Positions 1-8,815 of a stretch of DNA of 64,000 bases are shown in pieces. The position numbers were made by a program, and so were the translations under genes. Positions within the stretch are counted from its first letter, which is position 1. Each line of letters opens with the position of its first letter. The DNA lies in the IMG/VR virus record IMGVR_UViG_3300045988_180412, positions 1 to 64,000 of that record. One strand, given 5' to 3'. Source of the stretch: a virus. The notes beneath the pieces are model-generated. The model was not told the origin of the DNA and did no database searches. It saw only the letters and a list, made by a program, of their open reading frames with translations.

Positions 1-194
1 TTCCCCCGAGGAGGAGTGAGGTGTTTTGCCGTTGCACTTCTTATCTGAATCTTTCAAGCTGTTTGCCACCACTATCATGGCGGCAGCCGAGATGATAAAG
101 GCGAAAATGGCTAAGCTCAATTAAATTCGTTTACGTCTTGCCGCATATCTCAAAAAATATTCGTAAATTGCAGCACCTAAGCACAATACCACGA

Positions 195-2228
195 ATGAAA
201 ATCACGGAAATAGATTACAGAAGCGACTTCACGTTGCGCATATCCGTCAAAGATATGCTGCAAAAACCGCTCGCGCTTAAAGATTACGACTTCGAGGGCG
301 TAATCACAAGCGGCGCAAACAGCGCGACTTATACTTTCAGTCGCACCGAAAATCAGTGTACCCCTAATTGCTATGTCGATGATGACGATGTTATTGTCTG
401 CAAGTTTGACAACCACGGCTTGCAGCCGGGACGTCTGATACTGACGTTTACAATTTTCGTCCCCGATGCGTCATATCCCGATGGCACGCGCAAGGATGTT
501 GCCGAGCGCCGCTTGGACGTCAAGCTCGTTGACGGTAAATGCCCCATCGAATATCCCACTATCGAAGCCGAACTTATCTTGCCTACGCTTAAAGGCGATA
601 AGGGAGACAAGGGCGACCGTGGCGAGCAGGGCTTGCAAGGCATACAAGGCGTCAAGGGAGACAAGGGCGATAAAGGCGACAAGGGAGACCAAGGTATACA
701 GGGTATACAGGGCATACAGGGCATAAAAGGCGATAAAGGCGACCGTGGCGAGAAAGGAGATAAAGGCGATACGGGAACAATCACCGACAATACGGGCGGC
801 ACGATAAACGGCGACTTAGCCGTCTCTGGAACGCTTAATGCCAATATCGTAACCGTTGGCAACGGCCTGACGGTGAGCAACTCCGACATAACGGTTGCCG
901 GAGGCGACATCCACGTGCAGGGCGAAGCCGAACTTGGCTCGGTCAAGACTACCGGCGACATCACGGCTAACGGCAACATCACGGCAGGCAGCCTCACCGC
1001 CAGCACGGCCACTCTCTCCAATACAACGCTGAGCGGAGACACTACATTCGACGGTGGCAGTGTGTCCGTGGATAGCGGGTCTCTCGTGGTCGCAAGCGGT
1101 GTAGGCTTCTACGCCGACAATATCAACGCCGTGCGCATAGACGGTCGTATAGATTTCGTATTCCACGGCATCCGCCAGAGCTTGCCTACGGATTATACTG
1201 CCGTAGCGCAGGCTGTTTCGCCAAAGACGCGCGTGGATGGCAGCTCGTATGATATATTCTACATCCGCGACAAAAAGCGCTTTGTGGCTGTTGACGATGC
1301 GACCAAGACTTACGCCGAGCGTTTTTATGACGAGGAGGAGTACAACATCATCACCAACAACAAGCCGACCACGGCACGCACCGACCGCACGTGGCAAATG
1401 AACGGCAAACTATATGCTTGGGATGCAGAGTTCGCACTTAAAGACCCTAACAACCTGCTTTCGGCCTATGTGGGCGACCTCACCTGCCTAAACGACAGCG
1501 CCAAAGAGGCTTTTATCAAGTCGTGGAACGAAGCCTTTTATAAAAACGGACGTAAGTTTGGCGAGTATAATCGCGAAACAGGCTACTTCGAGGGCAACGG
1601 CCTCACTGACATCACCTACGAGCAGGCCAAAATCATTATGAAGTTCGTGGGTATATGTCAAAATCCGAGTAGTATATGGCGGAAAATTGACGGAGGATAT
1701 AGCCATGGCGGATTAGGGAATTTTCGCTTTGATTATTATGGCAAAGGCCAGGATTCGCGTGGCCCACGCACATTCCCGCCGATAGTTAATGGTGCATCGG
1801 GAGGGGTTTACAACAGCAATCATCTCCTTCAAGGAGACATCTGTTTGCAAGCCGCATCGTTTGCAGGCTCAGGCGGATTGACGGGGAATGAGTATGTGTT
1901 TGACTCTTGCCGTAATCTGCGTTATGTGCTTAATATGGAATTAAACGATACGCAAAGCAAAAAGACCGGTATGTTTGTAGGTTGTGTGGCGTTGGAAACC
2001 GTAGAACTCAAATCTCTGACCCAGGGCACGGTAAGTTTTGAGCAGAGTCCCAAGCTGACACTTGACAGCATCAAGTATATGCTTAACAACCGTAGAAAGG
2101 AGGGCGATATGCTCTCCAATGAGAAGTATAAGTTTACCATCAAGTTGCACGCCGAGGTCTTTGCCAAACTCACTGACGAAATAATAGCATTGGCAGCGGA
2201 GATGAATGCTACACTTGTAAGTGCATAA
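195..2228 (+). CDS. collagen-like repeat fibre protein with LRR-like C-terminal region (ORF opens at TTG 138; ATG 195 preferred)
   Basis: 696-aa ORF. 20 uninterrupted G-X-Y triplets (GDK/GIQ/GDR...). C-terminal part shows a BspA-type leucine-rich pattern (F.GC..L..V.L). Confidence 0.75.
   Translation: MKITEIDYRSDFTLRISVKDMLQKPLALKDYDFEGVITSGANSATYTFSRTENQCTPNCYVDDDDVIVCKFDNHGLQPGRLILTFTIFVPDASYPDGTRKDVAERRLDVKLVDGKCPIEYPTIEAELILPTLKGDKGDKGDRGEQGLQGIQGVKGDKGDKGDKGDQGIQGIQGIQGIKGDKGDRGEKGDKGDTGTITDNTGGTINGDLAVSGTLNANIVTVGNGLTVSNSDITVAGGDIHVQGEAELGSVKTTGDITANGNITAGSLTASTATLSNTTLSGDTTFDGGSVSVDSGSLVVASGVGFYADNINAVRIDGRIDFVFHGIRQSLPTDYTAVAQAVSPKTRVDGSSYDIFYIRDKKRFVAVDDATKTYAERFYDEEEYNIITNNKPTTARTDRTWQMNGKLYAWDAEFALKDPNNLLSAYVGDLTCLNDSAKEAFIKSWNEAFYKNGRKFGEYNRETGYFEGNGLTDITYEQAKIIMKFVGICQNPSSIWRKIDGGYSHGGLGNFRFDYYGKGQDSRGPRTFPPIVNGASGGVYNSNHLLQGDICLQAASFAGSGGLTGNEYVFDSCRNLRYVLNMELNDTQSKKTGMFVGCVALETVELKSLTQGTVSFEQSPKLTLDSIKYMLNNRRKEGDMLSNEKYKFTIKLHAEVFAKLTDEIIALAAEMNATLVSA
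594..776 (+). repeat. collagen-type G-X-Y coding repeat (9-bp-based DNA periodicity)
   Basis: Protein residues 153-213 read GDKGDKGDRGEQGLQGIQGVKGDKGDKGDKGDQGIQGIQGIQGIKGDKGDRGEKGDKGDTG. Confidence 0.9.
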
Positions 2229-2237
2229 CTTAATTTT

Positions 2238-2588
2238 TTGATTATGATACAATACAACAATCATCGAATATCTTCTGACAGCGGCAAGTACGTCCGCCGC
2301 ATCTCGGATGGTCTGACCGCCAAGGCCATAGCCGCAATGACATACAACGCGGACGACTACGAGGAAGTAGACGAATTGCCCGTGTCCTTTGACGAGACGG
2401 CCTACAAGGCTGCGGTCGAGCGTCTTATTCGCGAGCGATACACCGTTGCGGACGAGTTGGGCATACTGCGTCAGCGCGACACCAAGCCCGAAGAATTTGC
2501 CGAGTACAACGCATTTGCCGAGGAGTGCAAGGCGCAAGCAAAAGCGGAAATGGCCGCAGCCGCACAAGCCGCGCCATCGCTCTCATGA
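2238..2588 (+). CDS. hypothetical protein (Ala-rich C-terminus), directly downstream of the fibre gene
   Basis: 116-aa ORF 10 nt after the fibre stop, same strand. Confidence 0.55.
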   Translation: MIMIQYNNHRISSDSGKYVRRISDGLTAKAIAAMTYNADDYEEVDELPVSFDETAYKAAVERLIRERYTVADELGILRQRDTKPEEFAEYNAFAEECKAQAKAEMAAAAQAAPSLS

Positions 2589-2706
2589 TTCCCATCGCTC
2601 CCATTATTCCCATTTTTCAGAAACCGTAAGAAGCCTGCAAACAAAAACTCGCTGACAGACAAAGTATTATAAACAGCGTGGATTTTCCGCGCAAATAAAA
2701 CATCTT

Positions 2707-3825
2707 ATGTTCAAATTCACAATCAACGCAAAAGATTTAGGCGTAATTCAAACGCTCGATAAAATCGCAAGCAGCAGCCTCAACAAAACACTGACTGCGC
2801 AAGCCTCCTTGCTATTGGAGGTTGATGACAACCAAACAATACGCCTTACGGCTTCTAATGCCGAAGCGCGTATAACCGCAACTCTGCATCCGACACAAGC
2901 TGACGGAAGCGGCAAGATATGTATCGACCCGAAGAAACTCGGCGCACTCGTCCGCGCTATCGGCGAAATGCCAATGACGATAACGTATGACGATACAAAT
3001 ATGGTGAAAATCACCACACCCAACGGCAAGTATGGACTAAACGCTTATGACGCAGCAATCTATCCGCAAGCGGTCAACGCCGCAGGGACGACATACAAAG
3101 TCCTCACCGAAGACGTCGCTCGCGGCATCAAGGCAACCGCCTTTGCAGCCGCTACGGAAACCGATTATCACGCTCAGTTACAAGGCGTGCAAATAGCCTT
3201 CGGCGACTCGTCTCTGACATTCACTGCTACGGATACACGCTTATTGGCGCAATTATCCATTACCGATTTTCCGAGCATTAAAACCGCCGCTGTCGTAATC
3301 CCGACAAGATACGCACAGATGATGGCGGATATATGCGACAACGAAAACGGCGAAGCATCCATAACAATAGCCGAAAAATCCCTCACGCTCAAAACGGCAA
3401 CGGTCGAATTTACTTCCGCGCTTATTGCCGGAAATTACCCCGATGCCAATCGCGTATTCCCCAACGAAACAAAAGTCGAAGCACGAGTCGATGCCGCAAC
3501 ACTGCGCACAACGCTTTCACGCGTGGCTATTTTGGCCAACGACCGCATCCCGAGTATTCACCTATCCGTTGACACTAACGGCCAAATACACGTCTCTACG
3601 AGGGATAAGGACACATCGCAAGATGCCTCCGAACTGATATACGGCACGACAAACCACGAACTCGACATTGACTTCGCATACAAAAACCTTGCTTGCGCAT
3701 TAAGCGCATTTGCAGGCGAATTAGTGTTGCGTGCCAATGACGCAACACGCCCGATATTGTTAGTCCCTGCCTTACAGGCCGATAAAACAATATACCGCGT
3801 ATTGGTTATGCCAATACGCATCTGA
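2707..3825 (+). CDS. dnaN: DNA polymerase III beta subunit (sliding clamp) homolog
   Basis: 372 aa. Collinear with bacterial DnaN: ATDTRLLA (cf ATDGHRLA), LIAGNYPDANRVFP (cf LVDGRFPDYRRVLP), C-terminal RVLVMPIRI (cf YVVMPMRL). Confidence 0.9.
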   Translation: MFKFTINAKDLGVIQTLDKIASSSLNKTLTAQASLLLEVDDNQTIRLTASNAEARITATLHPTQADGSGKICIDPKKLGALVRAIGEMPMTITYDDTNMVKITTPNGKYGLNAYDAAIYPQAVNAAGTTYKVLTEDVARGIKATAFAAATETDYHAQLQGVQIAFGDSSLTFTATDTRLLAQLSITDFPSIKTAAVVIPTRYAQMMADICDNENGEASITIAEKSLTLKTATVEFTSALIAGNYPDANRVFPNETKVEARVDAATLRTTLSRVAILANDRIPSIHLSVDTNGQIHVSTRDKDTSQDASELIYGTTNHELDIDFAYKNLACALSAFAGELVLRANDATRPILLVPALQADKTIYRVLVMPIRI

Positions 3826-3877
3826 TATACAAGTGAGTAGTTTTCAGTAACTCTACCATTAGGTTTATTCTTCTGCA

Positions 3878-3917
3878 CGTCAGCCCGTTTGCGAAAATAG
3901 GCTGACGATTTTTTTTG
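3878..3917 (+). terminator. rho-independent terminator after dnaN
   Basis: 8-bp stem CGTCAGCC/GGCTGACG followed by ATTTTTTTT. Confidence 0.8.
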
Positions 3918-3958
3918 CCGCATCTGTCTGCGGCTTAAACACTAATAATTATATAATC

Positions 3959-4294
3959 ATGATAGACGAAAATATTTATCGCAAAGAAGGCCGCCGCTAC
4001 GTCCCTGTCGGTAGACTCGTCAATCTCGACTACCTCCATGACGGCGTATGGTATGTTCGCCACCACGGAACTGTGTCTGTGAGCATGACCAACGCAGACC
4101 ATCTTGACAATATATACCGCGTTTGCGGCGCTAAGGACTTGTCTATTGACGTCCTTGCAGGAATGGAAAACATCGCAAACGACATCGCCCATTCGTCCGA
4201 AATGGTCAATCTGACGTCTAAGGGCTATTCGGTTATGGACATCATTCGCTTGACCATAACCCAAATCATCAATCGACAACAACCAAAAAAATAA
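3959..4294 (+). CDS. hypothetical protein
   Basis: 111-aa ORF, first of a tightly packed same-strand run. Confidence 0.6.
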   Translation: MIDENIYRKEGRRYVPVGRLVNLDYLHDGVWYVRHHGTVSVSMTNADHLDNIYRVCGAKDLSIDVLAGMENIANDIAHSSEMVNLTSKGYSVMDIIRLTITQIINRQQPKK

Positions 4295-4299
4295 AAAAA

Positions 4300-4563
4300 A
4301 TGACAGAAACCGAAAAGACCAAGGAGGCAATACGGCTCCACGTCTTAATCAGCGAGTGCTATACAGTGGAGCTAATAGACAATCCCACGCACGTAGATAT
4401 AACTATTGAGGGAAGTATCTCGGAAGATGGCGATAAACAAAAACAAAGGACGCTGCTTGTAAACAGCGATGAGACTTTGGCGCGAGATGTCCGCGACGCT
4501 GTTATTCGTTATAGGCAACGTTTGGTCGCCCAACTAAACGAATTGCAAGATGCTCAGGTTTAA
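4300..4563 (+). CDS. hypothetical protein
   Basis: 87-aa ORF, 5-nt gap to the upstream gene. Confidence 0.6.
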   Translation: MTETEKTKEAIRLHVLISECYTVELIDNPTHVDITIEGSISEDGDKQKQRTLLVNSDETLARDVRDAVIRYRQRLVAQLNELQDAQV

Positions 4564-4783
4564 CATAGACGACTACCTACGCTGCCAAAAATACTACGCA
4601 ACAGAAAATCGTTATAGAACCATAGAAAAAGCCATAAAGGTCATAAAGGAACGTCAATGGGTGGATGAGAATGAATACGACTATGACGACAAGGACGAAA
4701 ATAGCGATTCTAACGGATATATTGGCCGTCCCGAATACGTCAAATATCTGCAAATAAGACTAAACGACTTAACGATGAAATGA
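4550..4783 (+). CDS. hypothetical protein
   Basis: 77-aa ORF overlapping the upstream stop. Confidence 0.55.
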   Translation: MLRFNIDDYLRCQKYYATENRYRTIEKAIKVIKERQWVDENEYDYDDKDENSDSNGYIGRPEYVKYLQIRLNDLTMK

Positions 4784-4787
4784 ACTT

Positions 4788-4985
4788 ATGAAAAAGTTAA
4801 ATGGCATTGTCCTTGACGGCAAATTCTACGAGGTTGTGAACAAAGATTTCCTTGGCTGTCAAGGATGTGCATTCGGCAACATGCGCTGCAAAGTCGTATG
4901 CCTGAATTTTGATGGCGATGTTATCTTCCGCCTCAATCAAAAAATCACCGACAAAATAAACGGCAATGGAGGTAGACAAGACTAA
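4788..4985 (+). CDS. hypothetical Cys-containing small protein
   Basis: 65-aa ORF in the operon. Confidence 0.5.
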   Translation: MKKLNGIVLDGKFYEVVNKDFLGCQGCAFGNMRCKVVCLNFDGDVIFRLNQKITDKINGNGGRQD

Positions 4986-5208
4986 GCTGACCGAGTTGCT
5001 TGTGACGATGTGCCATCGCGCGATGGTTATCGACGACAACATCATTTGCAGCGACATCTACAACAAGCAATGCCACGCCTATCTCGGCGAGCGTTACGGC
5101 AATTGCCCGCCCGATTGTCCGCACCTCGAAGAAGCGGCGGCGCTCGCACACTGCAAACGCGGCGACTGCCCGAAAATCAAAAAACTACTTAAACAACTGA
5201 AACAATGA
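4966..5208 (+). CDS. hypothetical Cys-rich small protein
   Basis: 80-aa ORF with several Cys pairs (CPPDCP, CKRGDCP). Confidence 0.5.
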   Translation: MEVDKTKLTELLVTMCHRAMVIDDNIICSDIYNKQCHAYLGERYGNCPPDCPHLEEAAALAHCKRGDCPKIKKLLKQLKQ

Positions 5209-5492
5209 GCGAAACAGAGGAGGATGGCTATCGGATAATAACCGTAACCCACACAAGAGAACGGCGCGGAACAATGACTTTGGAGTTCACCAACAAAGGC
5301 CGCAGTTCCGTGCGCTACTTCCGTGGGGCAAAGCCCGTGTATACATATAGGTGGTGCGCACAGATAATGATAAACCGCAAGCGCCACCGTATGCGCAGTA
5401 CCAACTACAACAACTGCCGTGCCTGGCTTGACGATATGATAGCAAAGGCCGGGCCGATAGTTACAACACGCACAATGCGAATAAAGATATAA
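5205..5492 (+). CDS. hypothetical basic protein
   Basis: 95-aa ORF. ATGA overlap with the upstream gene. Confidence 0.55.
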   Translation: MSETEEDGYRIITVTHTRERRGTMTLEFTNKGRSSVRYFRGAKPVYTYRWCAQIMINRKRHRMRSTNYNNCRAWLDDMIAKAGPIVTTRTMRIKI

Positions 5493-5524
5493 CTTATTCG
5501 GAAACTCCAAACAACTAAACACGA

Positions 5525-5770
5525 ATGAATAAACTAATTACTTGGCTTACAACATCAAATCGACATCTGCACCTGCTCGGCGGCGCCCTTATCGGCTTAT
5601 TTGCGGACGGCCTTTATTGCGCCGCTTACGCCGTTATCCTCGCCGCTTCGGCGCTCGAATTTAAGGACATCCGTTGGGGCGGTCGGTGGGACTGGATAGA
5701 CTGGCTGATGACCTGCCTCGGCGGTGCTATTGGCTTCGCACTGCAAACGCTAATACTGACACTGATATGA
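5525..5770 (+). CDS. small membrane protein
   Basis: 81 aa with 2-3 hydrophobic helices. Stop overlaps the dut start (ATGA). Confidence 0.6.
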   Translation: MNKLITWLTTSNRHLHLLGGALIGLFADGLYCAAYAVILAASALEFKDIRWGGRWDWIDWLMTCLGGAIGFALQTLILTLI

Positions 5771-6207
5771 GAATACTAAATACAATGGAAGTTAAAATCA
5801 AGAAAACAAACAAGTTGGCCGTAATTCCGGCATACGCATCCATCGGCGCAAGCGGTCTCGACCTTACAGCTATCGACCTCGTAGTAATCAACCCCGGCGA
5901 CCGCATATTACTGCGCACGGGCATCAGCATCGAATTACCGCAAGGTTACGGCGCTCTCGTTATGGGACGCAGCGGCAACACAATCAAACGTGGCCTGTTC
6001 GTTGCCCTCGGACTGATAGATAGCGACTACCGCGGCGAAATCGGCGTAATGGCTTTTAACGCCACCGACAAAAAGATGATAATACAACAAGGCGACCGCA
6101 TCGGCCAATTGGTAATCATACCCACACCGCAAATACTATTAAAGGAAACTTCTGAATTGAGCGACACGGAACGCGGAAACGGCGGCTTCGGCTCAACAGA
6201 CATATAA
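5767..6207 (+). CDS. dut: dUTP diphosphatase (trimeric dUTPase)
   Basis: Motifs GASGLDL, GRSG, IDSDYRGEIGV, GDRIGQLVI, RGNGGFGSTD. Start chosen at ATG 5767 inside ORF 5674-6207. Confidence 0.9.
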   Translation: MRILNTMEVKIKKTNKLAVIPAYASIGASGLDLTAIDLVVINPGDRILLRTGISIELPQGYGALVMGRSGNTIKRGLFVALGLIDSDYRGEIGVMAFNATDKKMIIQQGDRIGQLVIIPTPQILLKETSELSDTERGNGGFGSTDI

Positions 6208-6425
6208 TCCATATAATCAAGGCAAATATGAATCAAACAAAATTACAAACAGCATCAAACAGATAGCGCGTATCTCCATTCTTGCCGTCGCAGTCGTAAT
6301 AGCAATGCCTATGCGCTTGGGCATTGTTATACTTAATTGGGTGTCTAACGGCATATTGCATACCGTCAATCGGCTGCTGAAAATACTGAAAGAAACAAAA
6401 GTTACAACCGAAAACAATAAAGACA

Positions 6426-6671
6426 ATGACACAAATCGAAACAATCATACTGCATAGCATTGCTCGGCACGAGGGCGAAGCCGCACGCCGACAGCAAGAC
6501 GATTGTTATGCCCCTACATTTGAAGTTTGGGTGGACATCAAGGGCGAGTTCGATGCCGCTATTCAACACCTTATCGAGCAAGGCTATATCGAAGAATTGT
6601 ATATATGGGGCAACGAATACGGCTTCCGCTTAATGAACCGCGACAATGGACACGATAACGATAAGTCGTGA
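6426..6671 (+). CDS. hypothetical protein (possible winged-helix)
   Basis: 81-aa ORF preceding and overlapping the initiator gene. Confidence 0.5.
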   Translation: MTQIETIILHSIARHEGEAARRQQDDCYAPTFEVWVDIKGEFDAAIQHLIEQGYIEELYIWGNEYGFRLMNRDNGHDNDKS

Positions 6672-7374
6672 TGTTTTTGACAACCCGATGTTTCGCTCCC
6701 CCGAAAGATTGCGGATATGGCTCGCGCTACTTTTTGCGGCGGACGAAAATGGCGAAGTGCTAATAAAGTGCCGAAGCTTCGCCGCCGAAAATGGCGTCAC
6801 ATATAAGCAAGTTCGCACAGCGCTTGATGCTTTCGAGCAACGCGGTAAAATCACACGAGGGGCGCACTTGGGGGCGCAGCTAAGGGCGCACTTAGGGGCG
6901 CACATAACAATATGTGACATAGAGCAATACAAAGGAATGTGGCGCAGTCAAGGGCGCACTAAGGGGCGCAGTCAAGGGCGCACCATTACATCCAAAATCT
7001 CAACTAATACTTTAAGTATTGACGCTGATTTTGTCGCCCCCGAATTTGCCGAGCCATGGCAACTTTGGCTCGATTACCGCAAGGAAACCAAACGCCCGTA
7101 TAAATCGGAAAAATCGGAACGCATCGGCTACGAACAATTAGTCAAAAAATCTAACAACGACCCGACGCAAGCACTGGAAATTGTTAAAAACACAATCGCC
7201 AACGGCTACCAAGGCCTATTCTCCCTCAAAGACAATGAACGAGAACAAAAGTACAAACGCAATAATCCCGCTGTCCGAGGCGGCAATGACCGCTATGCAG
7301 CTCTGGAACGAGCAGCCGCTACAATACTATGCGGCAATGACACCTGCGGACATCCCGACAATGGTCAAGGCTGA
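6646..7374 (+). CDS. replication initiator / replisome organiser-like protein (N-terminal wHTH, DnaD-like C-terminal region)
   Basis: 242 aa. N-terminal ...RIWLALLFAADENGEV...YKQVRTALDAFEQRGKI. C-terminal W..WLDYRKE...NGYQGLF pattern. 4+4 iterons lie inside the gene. The 3' end overlaps the next ORF and is uncertain. Confidence 0.55.
   Translation: MDTITISRDVFDNPMFRSPERLRIWLALLFAADENGEVLIKCRSFAAENGVTYKQVRTALDAFEQRGKITRGAHLGAQLRAHLGAHITICDIEQYKGMWRSQGRTKGRSQGRTITSKISTNTLSIDADFVAPEFAEPWQLWLDYRKETKRPYKSEKSERIGYEQLVKKSNNDPTQALEIVKNTIANGYQGLFSLKDNEREQKYKRNNPAVRGGNDRYAALERAAATILCGNDTCGHPDNGQG
6861..6982 (+). repeat. iteron cluster A: 4+4 copies of GGCGCA(C/G) at exact 12-bp spacing, split by a 38-bp spacer
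   Basis: GGCGCA at 6861, 6873, 6885, 6897 and at 6941, 6953, 6965, 6977. Lies inside the initiator CDS (translated GAHLGAQLRAHLGAH / RSQGRTKGRSQGRT). Confidence 0.85.
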
Positions 7375-7933
7375 TACGCCTAACCTTTGGACTATACGCA
7401 ACAATATCGGGCGCGTAAAGGCTATCGCAATTCTCGTTAATGCCCTCGTCCAAACGGCGCGGCTTATAAATGTCGAAAACAACCTCACCGAGGCGCAAAT
7501 AGGCGAGCTTGCCAATGACATCCTCGACGAATACGGCTTCCTTAAACCTGTCGAAGTCAAAACCGTACTCAAACGCGGTCTGCGCTCTAAAATCTTCGGA
7601 CGACTTGATTATAATATCGTAATCGAATGGTTCGACGATTACGCCTGTGAACGTACTCGCGCCGCAATGGACATCGCAGACCAAGAGGAAACACAAGCGC
7701 AAAATCAGCCCGTATCAGACACTTCTACTATCGGGTGGGAAGAATACCTGCTACTACTCAAAGAACGCGCCAAACGCGGCGAGAAAGCCGCACAAGATAT
7801 ACTCTCCGAGGTGTCGGACGGATACAAGCCGATTGTCGAACTCGGCCGACACCTTGATGCCCGAAAAAAGGAAATGGAATTTCTACAATGGAAAGCAAAA
7901 CGCAACAAACTAAAACAAAGTCAAAAGCAATAA
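7235..7933 (+). CDS. hypothetical replication-module protein (start uncertain: ATG 7235 or 7286)
   Basis: ORF 7181-7933 overlaps the end of the initiator gene in another frame. No NTPase motif seen. Confidence 0.5.
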   Translation: MNENKSTNAIIPLSEAAMTAMQLWNEQPLQYYAAMTPADIPTMVKADTPNLWTIRNNIGRVKAIAILVNALVQTARLINVENNLTEAQIGELANDILDEYGFLKPVEVKTVLKRGLRSKIFGRLDYNIVIEWFDDYACERTRAAMDIADQEETQAQNQPVSDTSTIGWEEYLLLLKERAKRGEKAAQDILSEVSDGYKPIVELGRHLDARKKEMEFLQWKAKRNKLKQSQKQ

Positions 7934-8142
7934 AGCCGCAGTATCACTACGCTCTCGGTTTCAAGTTCTGCAAGTTCGAAATGGATTTCGCCGATAGAGC
8001 AATCCGAAACGCCAACCGTTTTATGCTGCGATTCGGCAAAGGTCGTGCCGCTCGCGACATAGGCGCGGACGTGTCTTTCCGCCGCAAACACTACATACAA
8101 GGTAAAATAAATACTGACTATGAACCGGAAAATGATAACTGA
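7888..8142 (+). CDS. hypothetical basic protein
   Basis: 84-aa ORF bridging its neighbours. Confidence 0.45.
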   Translation: MESKTQQTKTKSKAIKPQYHYALGFKFCKFEMDFADRAIRNANRFMLRFGKGRAARDIGADVSFRRKHYIQGKINTDYEPENDN

Positions 8143-8815
8143 TAAAATAGAAGTCTCCGCCGTCAAACTGACTGATGTAGACTTATTGCGCCGTGCGGCT
8201 TCTACCACTATCGGACACGAAAGCCAAATAACCCTTGAACGAGCATATGCCCTCGGACATAGCATTGTACGCACCCAATTATTTTGGGTCGAATGTAAAA
8301 ACATTCCGCTATTCGTTGCCTCGCAACTTGTGCGCTCTCATGTCGGAGTGCAATTCTTCCAAAGGTCTAAACGAACGGATCGCGGCGGCGCTGATTTCGA
8401 GAATGTATGCACCAACATCAGCGACTATCTCGCGGCAGCAGCCGAATGCGAAGATGCCGAATTGCAGCACGAAGCATTGTCTAAGGCCGCAAATGATATA
8501 CGCTCTATGTCTGAGGAATACGACAGATATGCCCCCACGGATATTTCGTTTATCGCTAACGCCGAAGCTCTTATTAATATGGCTCACAAACGCTTGTGCC
8601 TTAAAGCATCCGACATCACAACTTATGTCGTGGGGCTGATTAATCGTAAGGTCGGCGCTATCGACCGCGACTTGGCCAAACATCTTGTGCCGCAGTGCGT
8701 CTACCGTGGCGGAATATGCCCGGAGCATCCGTCTTGCGGCTTGGCGGCCTCGGAAGCGGGACAGATCATCATAAACAAATACCGACAGAATTATGACTAT
8801 GAAAAAAAGAATTGA
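8120..8815 (+). CDS. ThyX-like (FAD-dependent thymidylate synthase family) protein with a degenerate signature
   Basis: 231 aa. LGHSIVRTQLFWVECKNIPLFVASQLVRSHVGVQFFQRSKR parallels the ThyX block ...HGSVFEH..F.I.G.SR....QLVRHR..S...QS.RY, but RHR and S.RY are not conserved. Confidence 0.4.
   Translation: MNRKMITDKIEVSAVKLTDVDLLRRAASTTIGHESQITLERAYALGHSIVRTQLFWVECKNIPLFVASQLVRSHVGVQFFQRSKRTDRGGADFENVCTNISDYLAAAAECEDAELQHEALSKAANDIRSMSEEYDRYAPTDISFIANAEALINMAHKRLCLKASDITTYVVGLINRKVGAIDRDLAKHLVPQCVYRGGICPEHPSCGLAASEAGQIIINKYRQNYDYEKKN

Noticed and set aside
1-124. Possible 3' end of an upstream plus-strand gene
   Set aside because: The frame ending at TAA 122-124 is interrupted by a TGA at 17-19. 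Only ~30 codons remain open, which is too little to call.
371-1397. Minus-strand ORFs 371-1042 and 816-1397
   Set aside because: They are antisense to the collagen-like fibre gene. The repetitive SPLSP strings are the mirror of the G-X-Y repeat.
6217-6460. Two overlapping 75-aa minus-strand ORFs between dut and the next plus-strand gene
   Set aside because: They are on the opposite strand within a plus-strand operon and exclude each other. A short plus-strand hydrophobic frame (MPMRLGIVILNWV...) is also open. None can be supported, so the region was left unannotated.
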